This document shows positions 61,110 to 64,000 of a stretch of DNA of 64,000 nucleotides, in pieces; position 1 is the first letter of the stretch, and each line of letters opens with the position of its first letter. The translations under genes were made by a program, and so were the position numbers. Source of the DNA: an uncultured delta proteobacterium (GTDB lineage Bacteria; Desulfobacterota; Desulfobacteria; Desulfobacterales; Desulfosalsimonadaceae); contig CAWGYD010000006.1 of assembly GCA_963826785.1 (NCBI GenBank), forward strand, positions 928,001 to 992,000, in the 5' to 3' direction. The notes under the pieces are model-generated. The model saw only the letters and a list, made by a program, of their open reading frames with translations, was not told where the DNA came from and did not search any database.

Positions 61110-63446
61110 ATGGATAAAAAATATGGTGTTTATATCTGCACGGGCTGCGGCATCGGCGATGCCCTGGATGTAAAAGCCCTGTGCGATCTGGTGGAAGAAG
61201 AAGGCCTTTCTTGTAAGACTCATGCGATGTTCTGCGGCAAGGAAGGCGTCGATCTGATCAATAAGGACATTTCCGAGAAAGGGATCAACACCCTGGTGAT
61301 CGCGGCCTGCTCCCGCCGGGTCAACTATGATGTATTCAAATTCCCCGGCTGTATCGTCGAGCGGACCAACCTGCGGGAGCAGGTGGTCTGGTCTCATCCC
61401 CGTTCCGAGTTTCCGGCCCTGACCGAAGAGCAGAAGGGTGACGAGGACAATTTCGATCGGGTGCAGATGATGGCCGAGGACTACATTCGGATGTCCATGG
61501 CCAAGGTGGAGAAGATCAATCTGCCCGAACCCTACAAAATGGAGAATTTCAGCCGCAAGATCCTGGTGATCGGCGGCGGCGTGACCGGAATGTCCGCGGC
61601 CCTGGATGCGGCCGGTGCCGGCTACGATGTGACCATCGTGGAAAAGGAATCGATGCTGGGCGGCCAGGTGGCCAAATGGCGCCGGCAGCTGCCGGTCAAG
61701 GCGCCCTATACCGACTTGATTGCTCCGGTGGTGGCTCAGAAAATCCAGGCGGTGGAGAAAAACCCCAAAATTACGGTGAAGACGGAGTCCATGGTTGCCC
61801 GCATCGCCGGCGAGCCGGGCAATTTCACCGTGACCTTCAAGAAACCGGGCGAGAAGATCGAATTTGACGTTCCCTATCCGCTGCCCGATGAAATGAGGGT
61901 GGATGAAAGCGGCAAGGAACTCGATGCCGAATCCCTGCATGCCAAATTTTTGGAGTATAACGAAGGCCGGAAAGACATCCTGACGCTCGACCCCGACGGC
62001 GAACTGTTCGGAGCGGTGATCCTGGCGGCCGGATGGCGGCCCTATGAACCCAAGGAAGGGGAATTCGCCCACCTGGGATTCGGCGAGTTGCCGGATGTGG
62101 TCACCAATTATCAGTTCGAAGAGATGGCCGCCAAGGGAAAAATTGTGCGCCCCTCCGACGGCAAGCCCGCCAAATCGGTGGTATTCGTCCAGAGCCCGGG
62201 AAACGGCACGGACGCGGATTTCCCCTATGCCGCATCAGTGACTTCCATGGTGGCGCTCAAACAGGCCAAGTACGTGCGCGACGATTACGCGGACGGCAAA
62301 TCCTATATCATTTATCAGCACATGCGGACCCCCGGGCTTTCGGAAAATTTCTACAAAGCCATGCAGCAGGACCCGGGCATTTTCATGTCCAAGGGCAACG
62401 TGACCGGCGTATCCAAAAACGGGTCGGGCCTTTCCGTCAGTGCGGCCGATACCCTGCTGGGCGATCAGGTGGAGCTCAGAGCCGACATGGTGGTCCTGGC
62501 CACCGGTATGGTGCCGGTCACCGTGGACAATCCCACTGTCAACCTGGCCTACCGCCAGGGACCGGGTTTCCGGGACATCGGTCTTTTCGACGGGTACGCG
62601 GATTCCAATTTCATCTGCTTCCCCTATGAAACCCAGAGAACCGGCGTGTATGCCGCCGGCGCCATCCGGCGGTCGATGACCGTGGATGAATGCATGGATG
62701 ACGCGGCCGGTGCGGCCCTGAAAACCATTCAGTGCCTGGAATCGGCCAATCGCGGGGTCGCCGTTCATCCCCGGTCCGGGGACATGACCTTCCCGGATTT
62801 CTTCTTTCAGCGCTGCACCCAGTGTAAACGCTGCACGGAAGAATGCCCCTTCGGCGCCATCGACGATGATGCCAAGGGGACCCCGAAGCCCAATCCCTCC
62901 CGCTGCCGCCGCTGCGGTACCTGCATGGGCGCGTGTCCGGAGCGGATCATCGGGTTTGCCGACTACAACATCGACAGCATCGGTTCCATGGTCAAGGCGG
63001 TCAAAGTGCCGTCGGAAGACGACTATTCGGAACCCCCTTTCCGGATTCTCGGTCTGGTCTGTGAAAATGACGCCTACCCGGCTTTAGATGTTCTGGGCTT
63101 GAACGGCAAGTCCTTTTCCGCAGATGTCCGCCTGATTCCGGTGCGCTGCCTGGGATCGGTCAACGTGATCTGGATCAAGGATGCCCTGTCCCAGGGAATG
63201 GACGGTGTGTTCCTGCTGGGATGCAAGCATGGCGATGATTACCAGTGCCATTTCGTCAAAGGCAGCGAACTGGCCGATATCCGGATGAAAAAGATCGGTG
63301 AAGCCTTGAAAAGCCTGGCGCTGGAGAAGGAGCGGGTCGCTCAGTTCGAGGTGGCCATCGACGATTATGACAAGATTCCAAAGATCATCAACGACTTCGT
63401 CGAGGAAGTCGAAGGACTGGGACCGAACCCCTTCAAGGGATTCTAA
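61110..63446 (+). CDS. qmoB: Qmo subunit B (HdrA + MvhD fusion)
   Basis: YICTGCG, FAD motif, SNFICFPYET, CTQCKRCTEECP, CENDAYP, GPNPFKGF. Confidence 0.96.
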   Translation: MDKKYGVYICTGCGIGDALDVKALCDLVEEEGLSCKTHAMFCGKEGVDLINKDISEKGINTLVIAACSRRVNYDVFKFPGCIVERTNLREQVVWSHPRSEFPALTEEQKGDEDNFDRVQMMAEDYIRMSMAKVEKINLPEPYKMENFSRKILVIGGGVTGMSAALDAAGAGYDVTIVEKESMLGGQVAKWRRQLPVKAPYTDLIAPVVAQKIQAVEKNPKITVKTESMVARIAGEPGNFTVTFKKPGEKIEFDVPYPLPDEMRVDESGKELDAESLHAKFLEYNEGRKDILTLDPDGELFGAVILAAGWRPYEPKEGEFAHLGFGELPDVVTNYQFEEMAAKGKIVRPSDGKPAKSVVFVQSPGNGTDADFPYAASVTSMVALKQAKYVRDDYADGKSYIIYQHMRTPGLSENFYKAMQQDPGIFMSKGNVTGVSKNGSGLSVSAADTLLGDQVELRADMVVLATGMVPVTVDNPTVNLAYRQGPGFRDIGLFDGYADSNFICFPYETQRTGVYAAGAIRRSMTVDECMDDAAGAALKTIQCLESANRGVAVHPRSGDMTFPDFFFQRCTQCKRCTEECPFGAIDDDAKGTPKPNPSRCRRCGTCMGACPERIIGFADYNIDSIGSMVKAVKVPSEDDYSEPPFRILGLVCENDAYPALDVLGLNGKSFSADVRLIPVRCLGSVNVIWIKDALSQGMDGVFLLGCKHGDDYQCHFVKGSELADIRMKKIGEALKSLALEKERVAQFEVAIDDYDKIPKIINDFVEEVEGLGPNPFKGF

Positions 63447-63455
63447 AATCATGTG

Positions 63456-63483
63456 ATGACCCGCCGGTCGACCGGCGGGTCAT
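63456..63483. repeat. Perfect 28-bp palindrome between qmoB and qmoC
   Basis: ATGACCCGCCGGTCGACCGGCGGGTCAT. Confidence 0.8.
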
Positions 63484-63531
63484 TTAAAAGATATGGATAA
63501 TTTTGCTACGCCTGCACAGGGAGGTATGATT

Positions 63532-64000
63532 ATGGCGGATAAATACCTGGTTGAACCAGATGTCGGATTTATAAATGAAATCAGAAGCCTCGGCGGAGAT
63601 TCGCTGAAGAAGTGCTTCCAGTGCGCCACCTGCTCGGTGGCGTGCCCCATTTCACCGGATCAGAAGCCTTTTCCAAGAAAAGAGATGATCGCGGCATCCT
63701 GGGGCTTGAAAGATAAACTCGTGGGCAACGGCGATATATGGCTGTGCCACAACTGCGGCGATTGCTCCACTTTGTGTCCCCGGGGCGCAAAACCGGGTGA
63801 TGTGCTCTCGGCCGTACGGATGTATGCCATTACCCAGTACGGCGGCTTCAAGAAATTGAGTGCCCTGATCAGTGATCCGAAAAAGATCCCTGTTCTGGCA
63901 GCCATCCCGGCTGTTGTTTTTCTGGTGATCGGGCTGGTCCTGAAGCTGTTTGGGGTGGACTGGCTGAATTTTGCCCCGGAGCGGGTGCACGGCGAGATCG
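63532..64000 (+). CDS. qmoC: Qmo subunit C, partial (runs off the window edge)
   Basis: Not in the ORF track. Manual translation gives MADKYLVEPD...LKKCFQCATCSVACP...FPRKEM...WLCHNCGDCSTLCPRGAKPGD, then a TM helix. Confidence 0.93.
   Translation, partial: MADKYLVEPDVGFINEIRSLGGDSLKKCFQCATCSVACPISPDQKPFPRKEMIAASWGLKDKLVGNGDIWLCHNCGDCSTLCPRGAKPGDVLSAVRMYAITQYGGFKKLSALISDPKKIPVLAAIPAVVFLVIGLVLKLFGVDWLNFAPERVHGEI

Overview
GC-rich chromosomal window from a sulfate-reducing bacterium, most likely Desulfobacterota (Desulfobacterales-like; inferred from gene content and order). It is almost all core genome. It carries era/engB, hisG/hisI, trxA/trxB/bamD, rpmB, rel, proS and ispG; a stand-alone trpB2; the rpmF-fabG-acpP-rpiB-glyA-nrdR-rib-nusB cluster; gltX with tRNA-Gln(CUG); dnaJ/queD/pyrE; ftsE-ftsX-envC-ctpA-yibQ; coaD/rsmD/ntrYX/lpxC; comM/alr; and the dissimilatory aprBA-qmoABC(partial) operon. 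No transposase, integrase, prophage or CRISPR array was found. hisG, proS and alr each carry a single-base frameshift, most likely assembly errors. The best candidates for undescribed biology are: (1) an unassigned ~185-nt multi-branched structured RNA between pyrE and ftsE; (2) a five-gene envelope cassette behind tRNA-Gln, centred on a cNMP-binding/TM/Cys-less rhodanese fusion with CxxC redoxin and MauE/DoxX partners; (3) 7-bp-periodic arrays in several intergenic spacers; (4) an orphan UvrY-like regulator divergent from a coupled PAS-Zn-ribbon/GIY-YIG-like gene pair; (5) a stripped-down fatty-acid synthesis cluster; (6) a structured spacer between aprA and qmoA.
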